From a virus, in IMG/VR virus record IMGVR_UViG_3300050119_000072, positions 1 through 64,000 of that record: a DNA stretch of 64,000 nt, one strand, 5' to 3'. Made by a program: the position numbers and the translations under genes. The notes under the pieces were generated by a model. The model was not told where the DNA came from. It made no database searches and saw only the letters and a list, made by a program, of their open reading frames with translations. Shown here in pieces: positions 18,911-27,519 of the stretch (position 1 is its first letter; every line of letters starts with the position of its first letter).

Positions 18911-19044
18911 GGCGCCAAAACTCCATGTTTCACGTGAGTTGTAAGAGATATCAACGTCTTAGCCACGGCGGATAGCGAGCGCGGCAACATGCTCACCTTT
19001 CTCATCGGTGTGGCGTGCGTGATCTGGGCGGCGAGGGGGCTGCA

Positions 19045-19143
19045 TTGAGCGACGAGCAAATGGCGCTCCTGATGCTGGTGATCGGCGTAGCCGTCGTGTC
19101 GCTGGTCGCCGTCCTCATGGGGCTCAGCGACATTCCGCACTGA
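19045..19143 (+). CDS. Very small membrane peptide (not in ORF track)
   Basis: TTG start overlapping stop of 18989-19048 peptide; MSDEQMALLMLVIGVAVVSLVAVLMGLSDIPH. Confidence 0.35.
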   Translation: MSDEQMALLMLVIGVAVVSLVAVLMGLSDIPH

Positions 19144-19311
19144 AAAGGGGATATTGCCCTCGACCTGCGATGGGGCAAAAACCCCTTTTTGCCCCTTGGT
19201 CATCTTACCTGACCGATGCTCAAAACGCGTCCTGGGGCTTCCTAGAGGGTCGTTTTTGCTGGATTTGGCCGAAAACGGCGCTTAAACGCCAAAATCAGCG
19301 GATTTTAGCAA

Positions 19312-19671
19312 ATGACGATCGCCCCGCTCCGCGACGCCCTTTCGACGCTGCGCGCCGCCTTCCGAAGACCCGACGTCCTCGGCGTAGGCGAGGATCTGAC
19401 CATCGATCTGCCGCTCGCCGCCGGCCTGCGCTTCGAGCTTTGGCTGACTGCCAACGCGCCGGCCGGCATGGCGATGGACGCCAATTGGATGAAGACCACC
19501 GGTGTCGCCGGCAGCTGGACCCGCGAAGTTACGATCGACGGCGCGCGCATCCGATGGCCGCTCCAAAGCGAATCGGGCCAGGACAACACCGTGCGACCGC
19601 GGCCGATGGCGCGGCTACCGAACCCAGAGGATCAGGACCATGGCAAAACCGTTCCGGCCAGGTGGCCATAA
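19312..19671 (+). CDS. Hypothetical protein
   Basis: 119 aa, high GC3. Confidence 0.5.
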   Translation: MTIAPLRDALSTLRAAFRRPDVLGVGEDLTIDLPLAAGLRFELWLTANAPAGMAMDANWMKTTGVAGSWTREVTIDGARIRWPLQSESGQDNTVRPRPMARLPNPEDQDHGKTVPARWP

Positions 19672-19849
19672 AGGAAAGCTACACCGAGAGTTGGGCATCC
19701 CGACCTCGGAGAAAATCCCGGCCGCGCGCCTCGAAGCCGCAGCCCATTCAAGCGATCGCGAAGTCCGCAACGACGCGATCCGCGCCGAGACCATGAAGCG
19801 ATGGAAGCACGGCGCGCAGGGGCACGGCCATCGCGTAGGGCATCGTTGA
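19640..19849 (+). CDS. Small basic conserved phage protein
   Basis: KGKLHRELGIP..EKIPA.RL..A motif; AGGA SD. Confidence 0.7.
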   Translation: MAKPFRPGGHKGKLHRELGIPTSEKIPAARLEAAAHSSDREVRNDAIRAETMKRWKHGAQGHGHRVGHR

Positions 19850-20031
19850 TGCCGCGGCTCACCGCCACGCACACCTATGCCGAGCTCGAACTCAGCCCGG
19901 CGGCCTATGACGAGATCGCGGAGAAGCTCAAGGCTGCTGGCTACGACCACTCGTTCATGGTCGGCGAGGACGTCAACGGCCACGACACCATCGACATGCA
20001 CGGCATCGGCGTGACACGCGCAATCGCGTAA
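19849..20031 (+). CDS. Small conserved phage protein
   Basis: THTYA.LELS.AAYDEI..KL.AAGY.H...IDMHGI. Confidence 0.7.
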   Translation: MPRLTATHTYAELELSPAAYDEIAEKLKAAGYDHSFMVGEDVNGHDTIDMHGIGVTRAIA

Positions 20032-20365
20032 GAACGAGCCGCGCTTTCGAACGCGCGACCCGCTACGCGACTAACGGCAGATCAATCGGCCGAGGACGGT
20101 GCGCCGCGAACTCGCGGCGTGCTCCGCACACACAGACAAAGTCGTAGTGGTCCGGTCCGGAGGGGCAGATTTCAATCACCTGCACCTTCATATATGCGAC
20201 CCGCACTCAACGCACAGCACTTGACCCGTTTTCGTGAACATTGGCCGCTCCTTTTGTGGGGCGGCTCATTGCCAGTCTGGTGACGCCGACTGCGATCTAT
20301 CAAGTCTTGGCGCCAGCGGCTGTTCCGAACGGCTCACATATCTCCGTTCATTACCTGGATACCGA

Positions 20366-20824
20366 ATGGCAGAAACTTGGACCGTCTCGCCAGATCAGAC
20401 CAGCGCGACGGTCACGGGTCGCGCCCTCGTTTCGATCTGGAAAAAGCTCAATCCGATCTGGTGGTTTGGTAACGACACCGAGCAGACGCTGGCGCAGGTC
20501 CCGACTTATCTGCCGACGTGGCCGCAATGGATGCGCGTCATCGCGTGGAACCTGCGCAATCCATTGCAGAATTTCCGCTGCTTCGTCGTCGGCGTCCAGG
20601 ACCGCAACTACACGGTCACCGGCAAAGCGCCGGTGCAGGCTGTCCAGCGCAATGATATCAGCCCGACAACGACCGGCTGGCAATGGTGCGTGCTGCACTT
20701 AGCCGTGCCGCTATTCTTCGTGAGCTACAGCGGGACATACGTGGTCTGGTATATCGGCTGGCAGCCGTCCGGCTTCTTTGGAATTAAATTCAATCTGGCG
20801 AATTCGCCCATCCAAGCTGTGTGA
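20366..20824 (+). CDS. Trp-rich conserved hypothetical protein
   Basis: LNPIWWFGND, W.LRNPLQNF, YIGWQPSG.FG.K. Confidence 0.75.
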   Translation: MAETWTVSPDQTSATVTGRALVSIWKKLNPIWWFGNDTEQTLAQVPTYLPTWPQWMRVIAWNLRNPLQNFRCFVVGVQDRNYTVTGKAPVQAVQRNDISPTTTGWQWCVLHLAVPLFFVSYSGTYVVWYIGWQPSGFFGIKFNLANSPIQAV

Positions 20825-20830
20825 CGTTTC

Positions 20831-21583
20831 ATGGACCCCTCGATCCGCGACACCATAGCCAGGGTGGCGCAGGAAGAGGGCATCGATCCCAGCTACGCTC
20901 TCGCCGTGGCTGACCGGGAATCCGGCTTTAACCCGAACGCGCGCGCGTCACGCACGATCGCCGGCCTCTACCAAATGACCGGCACGCTGCGCAATCAATA
21001 CGGCGCTGGCGACAGCGCGGATCCCGCGACGCAGACGCGCGCCTTCGCCGCCTTTACCAAAGACAACCAGGCGCAGATGGCGTCACAGCTTGGTCGTCAG
21101 CCGACCGGTCCAGAATTATATATGGGACATTTTTGGGGCGCGAACCGCGCTGCCGGCGTCATCGCTGGGCAGCACGCCGGATTAGCGCCATCCGATGTGT
21201 TCACGCCCAATGAGTTGGCGCAGAACCCGGAACTGGCGAAGGGCTCGAGCGCCGGCGGACTGGCCGGCACCATCATGGCCGATATCAGCCGGCGCCAAGC
21301 CAAGTATGGCGGAAACAGTGATAATCCTATCGGACACGGGGATAATTCTCCGGCCGGCGGTACAGATTTCGCCAGCTATGGCGACCCCAAAGGCTTCAAT
21401 TTCGCGCAGTTCGGACAGTCCGCCGATGATGGCATGTCGAGTTCTTCGCCCGCCCAGGCGGGCGCAAAAATCGACACGGGCTCCGTTATCCCAGGCGGCC
21501 GACCAGGCACCGAGATTGATCTCGCCCAATTCGGGCAACCCGCGCAGCCGCCGGCCGCGCCACCAGCAACAGCACAGGTCTAA
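20831..21583 (+). CDS. SLT-family lytic transglycosylase with low-complexity C-terminal tail
   Basis: A...GID...A.RESGFNPNA...GLYQM; ELYMGHFWG. Confidence 0.88.
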   Translation: MDPSIRDTIARVAQEEGIDPSYALAVADRESGFNPNARASRTIAGLYQMTGTLRNQYGAGDSADPATQTRAFAAFTKDNQAQMASQLGRQPTGPELYMGHFWGANRAAGVIAGQHAGLAPSDVFTPNELAQNPELAKGSSAGGLAGTIMADISRRQAKYGGNSDNPIGHGDNSPAGGTDFASYGDPKGFNFAQFGQSADDGMSSSSPAQAGAKIDTGSVIPGGRPGTEIDLAQFGQPAQPPAAPPATAQV

Positions 21584-21739
21584 ATGAGCAAAAAGCCCCA
21601 CCACATGCACGCCCTGACAAAGGGCTCGGCCACCCACCTGCACAAGGAAGGCCACATCACCAAGGAACAGCACGACGAGATCGTGCGCCACGCCGAGCGC
21701 GGCATGAAGGCCGCGCGCAAGGGCAAAGAGAAAGACTGA
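21584..21739 (+). CDS. Small His/Lys-rich protein (not in track)
   Basis: 51 aa, ATHLHKEGHITKEQHDEI. Confidence 0.6.
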   Translation: MSKKPHHMHALTKGSATHLHKEGHITKEQHDEIVRHAERGMKAARKGKEKD

Positions 21740-21742
21740 GCC

Positions 21743-21850
21743 GTGGCCGAAAAATCGAACCCGGACATGGGCGTCATCATCGCAGGCGCCGGCGCCGCGC
21801 TGATCGTATTCGGCGCGCTCGCGGTGTTCCTCGGCTTTTGCGTGGACTGA
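21743..21850 (+). CDS. Small membrane peptide (not in track)
   Basis: 35 aa, VIIAGAGAALIVFGALAVFLGF; fills the gap exactly. Confidence 0.5.
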   Translation: MAEKSNPDMGVIIAGAGAALIVFGALAVFLGFCVD

Positions 21851-21853
21851 CCC

Positions 21854-22396
21854 ATGGCGCGCGTTTCGTGGCACGGGCAGACATTCAACGCCGTGCCCTT
21901 GGAGCAACTGGCCAATGGCGACTGGTTGATGGAGGCGCGGGAGCACGGCGCGCGCTTCACCGTCGGCACCAAGATCGTCGTCACCACCAAGCAGATCGTC
22001 AGCATGGACGCCGCGGAAATGCCGGCGCCGGCCGAGTCCGCCACCGCCCTGCAGTCGGCTATGGACGCCGAGCGCGAGACGCTGCCAACCGTCGCCGAAC
22101 TCCTGGCCAAGCGTAACGACCCGCCGCCGGCACCCACAGCGCCATCACCAGCACCGGACACCACCGACATGCCGTCAAAGCTCGCGCAGCTCGCCGCCCT
22201 CGCGGCAACGACCAACACCGAGATCGAAGCCCAGGCTGACAAGTCACTCAACCGGCTCACCGCCGCGCGCGCCAAGGCCCAGGACGGCCTCGGCAAGCTC
22301 GACGGCCTCACCGCGGAGATCGAGGCCGGCACCGCGGCGATCGAGGACATGGCCAACCAACTCACCAATGGTGCGCCATCCTTGGGAAAGTCCTGA
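21854..22396 (+). CDS. Coiled-coil hypothetical protein ending in a G GGA AAG slippery site
   Basis: 180 aa; heptad region; last codons TTG GGA AAG TCC TGA. Confidence 0.75.
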   Translation: MARVSWHGQTFNAVPLEQLANGDWLMEAREHGARFTVGTKIVVTTKQIVSMDAAEMPAPAESATALQSAMDAERETLPTVAELLAKRNDPPPAPTAPSPAPDTTDMPSKLAQLAALAATTNTEIEAQADKSLNRLTAARAKAQDGLGKLDGLTAEIEAGTAAIEDMANQLTNGAPSLGKS

Positions 22397-22578
22397 TCGC
22401 GCTGCTGATCGTCTTCCTGACGGTCACAGCGCTCGACGAGAAAAACACCGTTCTCGAAACATCGGTCGCCGCCAAAAAGGTCGACCGCATCACTCCGCAC
22501 CACTCTGCACCGCATCGCACCATTGTGCACCACATTGCACCACCGCTGCAGATCGTGCCGTCCTACTACCTCAAATAG
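22384..22578 (+). CDS. Putative -1 frameshift extension (TM helix plus His-rich tail) of the 21854 ORF
   Basis: Open -1 frame VLIALLIVFLTVTAL...SYYLK* with no ATG/GTG/TTG start nearby; stop overlaps SD of next gene. Confidence 0.6.
   Translation, partial: GKVLIALLIVFLTVTALDEKNTVLETSVAAKKVDRITPHHSAPHRTIVHHIAPPLQIVPSYYLK
22491..22550 (+). repeat. Six degenerate 10-nt tandem repeats (cacnnngcac)
   Basis: cactccgcac cactctgcac cgcatcgcac cattgtgcac cacattgcac caccgctgca. Confidence 0.75.
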
Positions 22579-22586
22579 GAGGCCAC

Positions 22587-22880
22587 ATGGCCCACAAGAA
22601 ACACGCCCACAAAGGCGCGCCCCGCAAAATGGAGAACGACAAGTTTGCCGTCGAACGGCGTACTTTCGGCCACGAGCGCAAGCCGCCTCACCCACACCAG
22701 GCCGGCGGGTTGCCGCCGATGGCCGCGTCCGGCCCGATGCCCGGTCAATCCGAGTTCGACGGCGGCGAGGAAGCCGCCCAGCGCCAGGGCATGCGCTCCG
22801 CCCGCGGCGCGCCGCCGACCGACGGCAGCAACGCGCCCGCGCCGCAGATGTCCGGCGACGGCGATTTCGACGACCTGTAG
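22587..22880 (+). CDS. Low-complexity hypothetical protein
   Basis: AGGAGG SD; MAHKKHAHK. Confidence 0.65.
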   Translation: MAHKKHAHKGAPRKMENDKFAVERRTFGHERKPPHPHQAGGLPPMAASGPMPGQSEFDGGEEAAQRQGMRSARGAPPTDGSNAPAPQMSGDGDFDDL

Positions 22881-22886
22881 GCGCTC

Positions 22887-23225
22887 ATGCCGGACCCGCG
22901 CTGCCGCATTGTCAACGTGCGGCCGAAGGGCAATCTGCGGCTGTTCCCGGGCGTTTCCAGGATCAACATGCCGCTGGCCTTACAGCCAGAGCCCAACGTG
23001 ATCGCGATGGTCGAGCACCTGCTCGATCGCGCCAAACGCGGCGAGATCCAGGGCGTTGCGGCCGCGCTCGTCACCGCCGACGGGCAGACCGCGTCGAATT
23101 GGGCTGGCGCCGGGCGGTTCTCCTGCGCGCTTCTGATCGGCTCGCTCCAGGTCCTTGCGACTGAACTGGGGCTGGATTCTCTGCGGAAGCCTGCAATTTC
23201 ACCATTTCCAGACGAGAGCGCCTGA
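22887..23225 (+). CDS. Hypothetical protein
   Basis: LL.RAKRGEIQGVA.A.V..DG motif. Confidence 0.7.
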   Translation: MPDPRCRIVNVRPKGNLRLFPGVSRINMPLALQPEPNVIAMVEHLLDRAKRGEIQGVAAALVTADGQTASNWAGAGRFSCALLIGSLQVLATELGLDSLRKPAISPFPDESA

Positions 23226-23473
23226 TGCGATACCTCGCGCCGCTTGCCGTTGCTGCCGTCATGGCGGCGTCGTTCCCCGCGCGCGCCGGCGTCGAGGACA
23301 CCATGCGCGGGGCAATCGATTCCGAATGGTCCGGCAACCACGAAGCGCAGGACCGCGACTGGCAGCAGTTCAACGACCAGCGCAATGTGCCCCGCCCGCG
23401 CGCGCGCCATTTCGATCCGATCCCCGGCAAGCCCTGCGACAAGTGCAAGACCTTCCGGAAGCCGCGGGATTGA
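23225..23473 (+). CDS. Small secreted protein
   Basis: Signal peptide ending in ARA. Confidence 0.6.
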   Translation: MRYLAPLAVAAVMAASFPARAGVEDTMRGAIDSEWSGNHEAQDRDWQQFNDQRNVPRPRARHFDPIPGKPCDKCKTFRKPRD

Positions 23474-23476
23474 AGC

Positions 23477-23713
23477 ATGCCGTGGGGCCCCGAAGACGCC
23501 AGCGCCAAGACCAAGAAGGCGAACACGCCGAAACGCCAGCGACAATGGAGCCACATCGCCAACGGCGTCCTCGCCAAGACCGGCGACGATAAGCGGGCGA
23601 TCATGGAGGCAAACGGCGTGCTCGCGCGCGAGGCGCACATGCCGGGCAAGACGGAATTCAGCGCCGACGAAGAGCGCGCCATGCGCCACGCCCGCCGCAA
23701 AAAGCGCAGGTAA
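23477..23713 (+). CDS. Conserved small phage protein
   Basis: MPW...A...TKKA.TPK..RQW.H.AN.VL..TGD..RAI..ANG. Confidence 0.75.
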   Translation: MPWGPEDASAKTKKANTPKRQRQWSHIANGVLAKTGDDKRAIMEANGVLAREAHMPGKTEFSADEERAMRHARRKKRR

Positions 23714-23716
23714 CCC

Positions 23717-24361
23717 ATGGGCTTTACCCCGATCATCCCGTGGAAGTCCGCCTGCAACACGGACAGAGAGGCGCGCGCGGCGCTCGACGGCCATTCGCCG
23801 GACGTCCCAAAGATACCTGCGGTCATGGGTCCCCCGACCCTTTGGACCGAGGCGCTGGCCGACAAGATCATCGAGCACCTCGGCGCGGGCATGACCTTCG
23901 CCGCGATCGGGCGCTTGGAGGATTGCCCAAGCCGGCGCACGCTTTACCGCTGGTGCCGGGACGACCTCGAATTTGCCTTTGACTGCGCCCGCGCGGAGAG
24001 AGACCACAGCGCGGCCGAAGCCAAGCGCATGCTCGATGAAATGTTCCGCGCCTGCCGGGAGGGCGTCCAAGCCGGCACGCCGCAGTCGATAGGCGAGGGC
24101 GAGACCACGCTGATCCTCGAAGCCAACCCCAAGATGACGCAGACATACGCCGACAAGCTGCAATGGGCGATCGAGTGCGAGTATCCGGAGAAATACGCGC
24201 CGTTCCGATATCGGCAGGTCGTGGCGGCGCCGGTGGCCGCGATCGGTAACGGCGACGGCGCCAAGCTCATCAACCCCACCATGCCGCCGCGCGTGATCGA
24301 GAGCGATCCGATGCACGAGGCCATCGCGGCGTGGGGCAAAGCCTTGGCCACATTCAAATAA
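23717..24361 (+). CDS. terS: Terminase small subunit
   Basis: G.PT.WT..LAD.I...L..G......I......PS..TLYRW HTH and PEKY motif, immediately upstream of TerL. Confidence 0.82.
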   Translation: MGFTPIIPWKSACNTDREARAALDGHSPDVPKIPAVMGPPTLWTEALADKIIEHLGAGMTFAAIGRLEDCPSRRTLYRWCRDDLEFAFDCARAERDHSAAEAKRMLDEMFRACREGVQAGTPQSIGEGETTLILEANPKMTQTYADKLQWAIECEYPEKYAPFRYRQVVAAPVAAIGNGDGAKLINPTMPPRVIESDPMHEAIAAWGKALATFK

Positions 24362-24377
24362 TGACGCGGTCTATACA

Positions 24378-26186
24378 ATGGCAACGAGGGAATTGCGCGG
24401 CAGTCGATATCTGACCGCGCGCAATGAGCCGCTCGCTAGGTTCATCCTCGACCAACTGCCGTTCCTGGACTTTCAGGAGACCCTGGAGTTCTACCGGCGC
24501 ATTGAGCCGACGCTCGACGACAGCGGACGGGCACTCCTAGGATGCAATGATCGCTACTACCTTTTCACTGGACTGCTCGGCCGCATCGACGGGCTGCATC
24601 CGTGGCTATTCGATCGCTGCCGAGAGGTCGAGGCCGATCCCGACGGCCACATCGATTTGTGGTCCCGGTTCCATTTTAAGTCTAGTTTGATTACTCTCGC
24701 CGGTGCCATTCAAGAGATCGTGGTCAATCCCGAGATCAAGATCGCCATCTTCTCGGTGGTCAAACCGATCGCCGCCGCCTTCCTTTCGCAAATCAAGGAA
24801 GAGTTCGAGAACAACGATCATCTCAAGGCCGTCTACCACGACGTTCTCTACGCCAATCCGCGCACGCTTGGCTCCGATGGGCGCCCGGCAAAGTGGGGTG
24901 TCGCGCGCGGTATCACGGTCAAGCGCAAATCGCGGCCGAAGGAGGCGACGGTCGAGGCGCACGGCCTGATCGACGGGCAGCCGACCTCCCGCCACTTTGA
25001 CCTGCAGATTTACGACGACGTTGTCACGCAGGACTATCTTTCAGAAGAGAGCATCCGCAAGACCACCGCGCGCTGGGAAATGGCCGATAACCTCGGCTCG
25101 CACCTTGGCGTGCGCAAATGGATGCCTGGCACGCGCTACCACTACGCCGACACTTACGGCATTATCATCGAGCGCAAGTCGCTCAAGCCACGCATCTATC
25201 CGGCGACGGACGACGGCACGCTCGAAGGCAAGCCGGTCTTTTTGACGCAAGCCCGCTGGGACGAGATCAAGCGGGACCAGCGATCGACCGTCTCCGCGCA
25301 GTGCCTGCTCAACCCAATCGCCGGCAACGAGGCGACGTTCCGCTCGACCTGGCTCAGGTTCTACGATGTCATCCCGGCGTTGATGAACGTCTACGTCCTT
25401 GTCGACCCCTCGAAGGGCTCCGGCGATAGGTCTGACCGAACGGCGATCGCAGTGATTGGCGTGGACGCTGGCTCGAACAAGTACCTGCTGGATGGCGTTC
25501 GCCACCGCATGAAGCTGTCAGAGCGATGGGAGTTCGTGAAGCAGCTCAAGCGCAAGTGGGAAAGCCACCCCGGCGTGCAGATGGTCAAGGTTGGCTATGA
25601 GCGCTACGGCATGCAGGTAGACCTCGAGGTGATCGAGGACAATATGCAGCGCGAGAACAACCACTTCGAGATCGAGGAAATGAACACGCCGCGGCAGGGC
25701 GGCCACTCCAAGGACGACCGCATCGGCCGGCTTGAGCCAGACCTAAAAGGAGGCCGCTTCTATATCCCCGGCATCGCGCACCACCCGGATTTCAACGACA
25801 AGGGCACCGGCGTCTGCATGGTTGGCGTCTGGACCGAGGAAATGGCCAAGATATCCAAGGAGCAAGGGCGCCCCTCGCCGAACAATGTCGGGCAGGTATT
25901 CTACCGGCCCATGCGCGGGCTGACCAAGCGCCAGCAGAATTGCGAGATCACGGCGCAGAAGCACCGCATCGTCACCGCCATCAAGCGCCGGGACGAGAAC
26001 AACGACGTCTACGACGTGACGCGCGCCTTCCTGGAAGAGCTGCTCCGTCACCCCTTTGCCCAGTACGTCGACTTTATCGACGCGGCGAGCCGCATTTACG
26101 ACCTTGATCCCCAACCGCCCGTCGCCTACGAAGCTCAGAGCACAGAGCCAATCGGCATGGAATCGGACCAGGTGGCGCAGCTATGA
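24378..26186 (+). CDS. terL: Terminase large subunit
   Basis: Walker A-like SRFHFKSS, Walker B QIYDDVV, GTRYH, nuclease VLVDPS, DRTAIAVIG, DFIDA. Confidence 0.92.
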   Translation: MATRELRGSRYLTARNEPLARFILDQLPFLDFQETLEFYRRIEPTLDDSGRALLGCNDRYYLFTGLLGRIDGLHPWLFDRCREVEADPDGHIDLWSRFHFKSSLITLAGAIQEIVVNPEIKIAIFSVVKPIAAAFLSQIKEEFENNDHLKAVYHDVLYANPRTLGSDGRPAKWGVARGITVKRKSRPKEATVEAHGLIDGQPTSRHFDLQIYDDVVTQDYLSEESIRKTTARWEMADNLGSHLGVRKWMPGTRYHYADTYGIIIERKSLKPRIYPATDDGTLEGKPVFLTQARWDEIKRDQRSTVSAQCLLNPIAGNEATFRSTWLRFYDVIPALMNVYVLVDPSKGSGDRSDRTAIAVIGVDAGSNKYLLDGVRHRMKLSERWEFVKQLKRKWESHPGVQMVKVGYERYGMQVDLEVIEDNMQRENNHFEIEEMNTPRQGGHSKDDRIGRLEPDLKGGRFYIPGIAHHPDFNDKGTGVCMVGVWTEEMAKISKEQGRPSPNNVGQVFYRPMRGLTKRQQNCEITAQKHRIVTAIKRRDENNDVYDVTRAFLEELLRHPFAQYVDFIDAASRIYDLDPQPPVAYEAQSTEPIGMESDQVAQL

Positions 26187-26659
26187 CGCGGGAATGGTCG
26201 GCGAACGGCATGCCCACGGCCGACGATATCGCCCTGGCGATCGTGCTCGCAGCACGCGAATACGGCGAGGACCCGATCGAGGTGGCGTCCAGTGGGGGCT
26301 CCTGCTGCGGCGCGCGGGAGGCGGCCTTCGTGTCGCTTGAGTGCGTCTTCCCCTTGGCGCCGAAACCGATCCTTGCTCGCCTGGTCGGTGCCGGACCGAA
26401 TTTTCTCGCCACCTTCCGCCGCGGATGGGGCAAGCCGGACCGCAAGAAGGCGTATCAAATTCAGGTCAGCATTACTGACGCAATCTACGCGCAGCATTCC
26501 GAGGCGCGAATTATCAAGCCGGCACCGACGGTTAAGGCCCCGATGCGGCTCGGCATGCGCCGCAGGGCCGTCGTCGATTGTCTCGACGTTACGGCCCATG
26601 TTATGGGTGATCCTGCGCCGGGCCGCTCTGCGCTCGCGCAACGAGGCAAGGATGGTTGA
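26183..26659 (+). CDS. Hypothetical protein
   Basis: ATGA overlap; C-terminal T..VMGDPAPGRSAL motif. Confidence 0.7.
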   Translation: MTREWSANGMPTADDIALAIVLAAREYGEDPIEVASSGGSCCGAREAAFVSLECVFPLAPKPILARLVGAGPNFLATFRRGWGKPDRKKAYQIQVSITDAIYAQHSEARIIKPAPTVKAPMRLGMRRRAVVDCLDVTAHVMGDPAPGRSALAQRGKDG

Positions 26660-26662
26660 ACT

Positions 26663-26893
26663 ATGCCGCCCAACATCGCCTACGCCCCAGTGAAGAGCGG
26701 GAACATCAAGGAAGTCGGCTACGATCCGGCTTCGCGAACGCTTGGCGTGCGCTTCCACTCCGGCGCGACGTACCACTATGCGGACGTGTCGGCAGAGAAG
26801 CATGCCGCCCTGATGGCGGCTCCGAGCGTTGGTTCTCACCTGCACTCCAATATCAAAGGCGCGCATGCCTCGACGAAAGTAGATGCTCGTTAA
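26663..26893 (+). CDS. KTSC-domain protein
   Basis: VKSGNIKEVGYD...L.V.F.SG..Y.Y..V......LM.APSVGS....NIKG. Confidence 0.92.
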   Translation: MPPNIAYAPVKSGNIKEVGYDPASRTLGVRFHSGATYHYADVSAEKHAALMAAPSVGSHLHSNIKGAHASTKVDAR

Positions 26894-26918
26894 GCGCATC
26901 AACGAATAGGGGCTTCCC

Positions 26919-27227
26919 ATGGCGCCGCTCTATAAACCGCCAACCAAGGTGGTGACCACGGAGGTGCCGTACCTCGCGCTGGTGACCCAGTACGATCCCG
27001 ACTTCGAGCGACGCAAGCACCGCGAGGTGCAATACACATTTTCCGGCCAGATATTCTTTGCCGATCCGTACACCGCAAACACCTATGACCGGCGCTCCAA
27101 CACGTACCCAGTCGGCCAACCGTACGGCGGACTCGATCCGCTCATCGAAGCTGCGCTCGCGCCGACCGTGGGCAACCCTGTGCCTGGCCTTTACGAAGGC
27201 GTCGACGACGGGATGGGCTGGGCCTGA
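26919..27227 (+). CDS. Hypothetical protein
   Basis: 102 aa, YTFSGQIF motif. Confidence 0.65.
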   Translation: MAPLYKPPTKVVTTEVPYLALVTQYDPDFERRKHREVQYTFSGQIFFADPYTANTYDRRSNTYPVGQPYGGLDPLIEAALAPTVGNPVPGLYEGVDDGMGWA

Positions 27228-27231
27228 CCGC

Positions 27232-27447
27232 ATGGCGAAGAAGTGCGACACGCCGCGCAAGGTCACTCTGCGTGGCGATCACTACGACGTGTGGGTCTGC
27301 GAGCACGGCCATGTCCACATCACTTTTTGCGAGGATGGCGTCTCGGTCATGATCGAGACGAGCATCGAGGCCTACGATTTGGGCAACGCGATCCTTCGCG
27401 GCTACGACGAGATTGAGGGCATTCCTCCCGCGTCGCGCCGCGCCTGA
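27232..27447 (+). CDS. Small hypothetical protein
   Basis: CEHGHVHI motif. Confidence 0.6.
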   Translation: MAKKCDTPRKVTLRGDHYDVWVCEHGHVHITFCEDGVSVMIETSIEAYDLGNAILRGYDEIEGIPPASRRA

Positions 27448-27476
27448 CACCAATCCACCCTTATCCGTAACCTGAT

Positions 27477-27504
27477 GAACCCGCCTTGGCGGGTTTCTTC
27501 TTTT
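27477..27504 (+). terminator. Rho-independent terminator-like hairpin
   Basis: aacccgcc-tt-ggcgggtt followed by tcttctttt. Confidence 0.55.
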
Positions 27505-27519
27505 GGAGAGAGAAACGCC

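Noticed and set aside
22745-24316. 523 aa minus-strand ORF
   Set aside because: Overlaps several credible plus-strand genes including TerS
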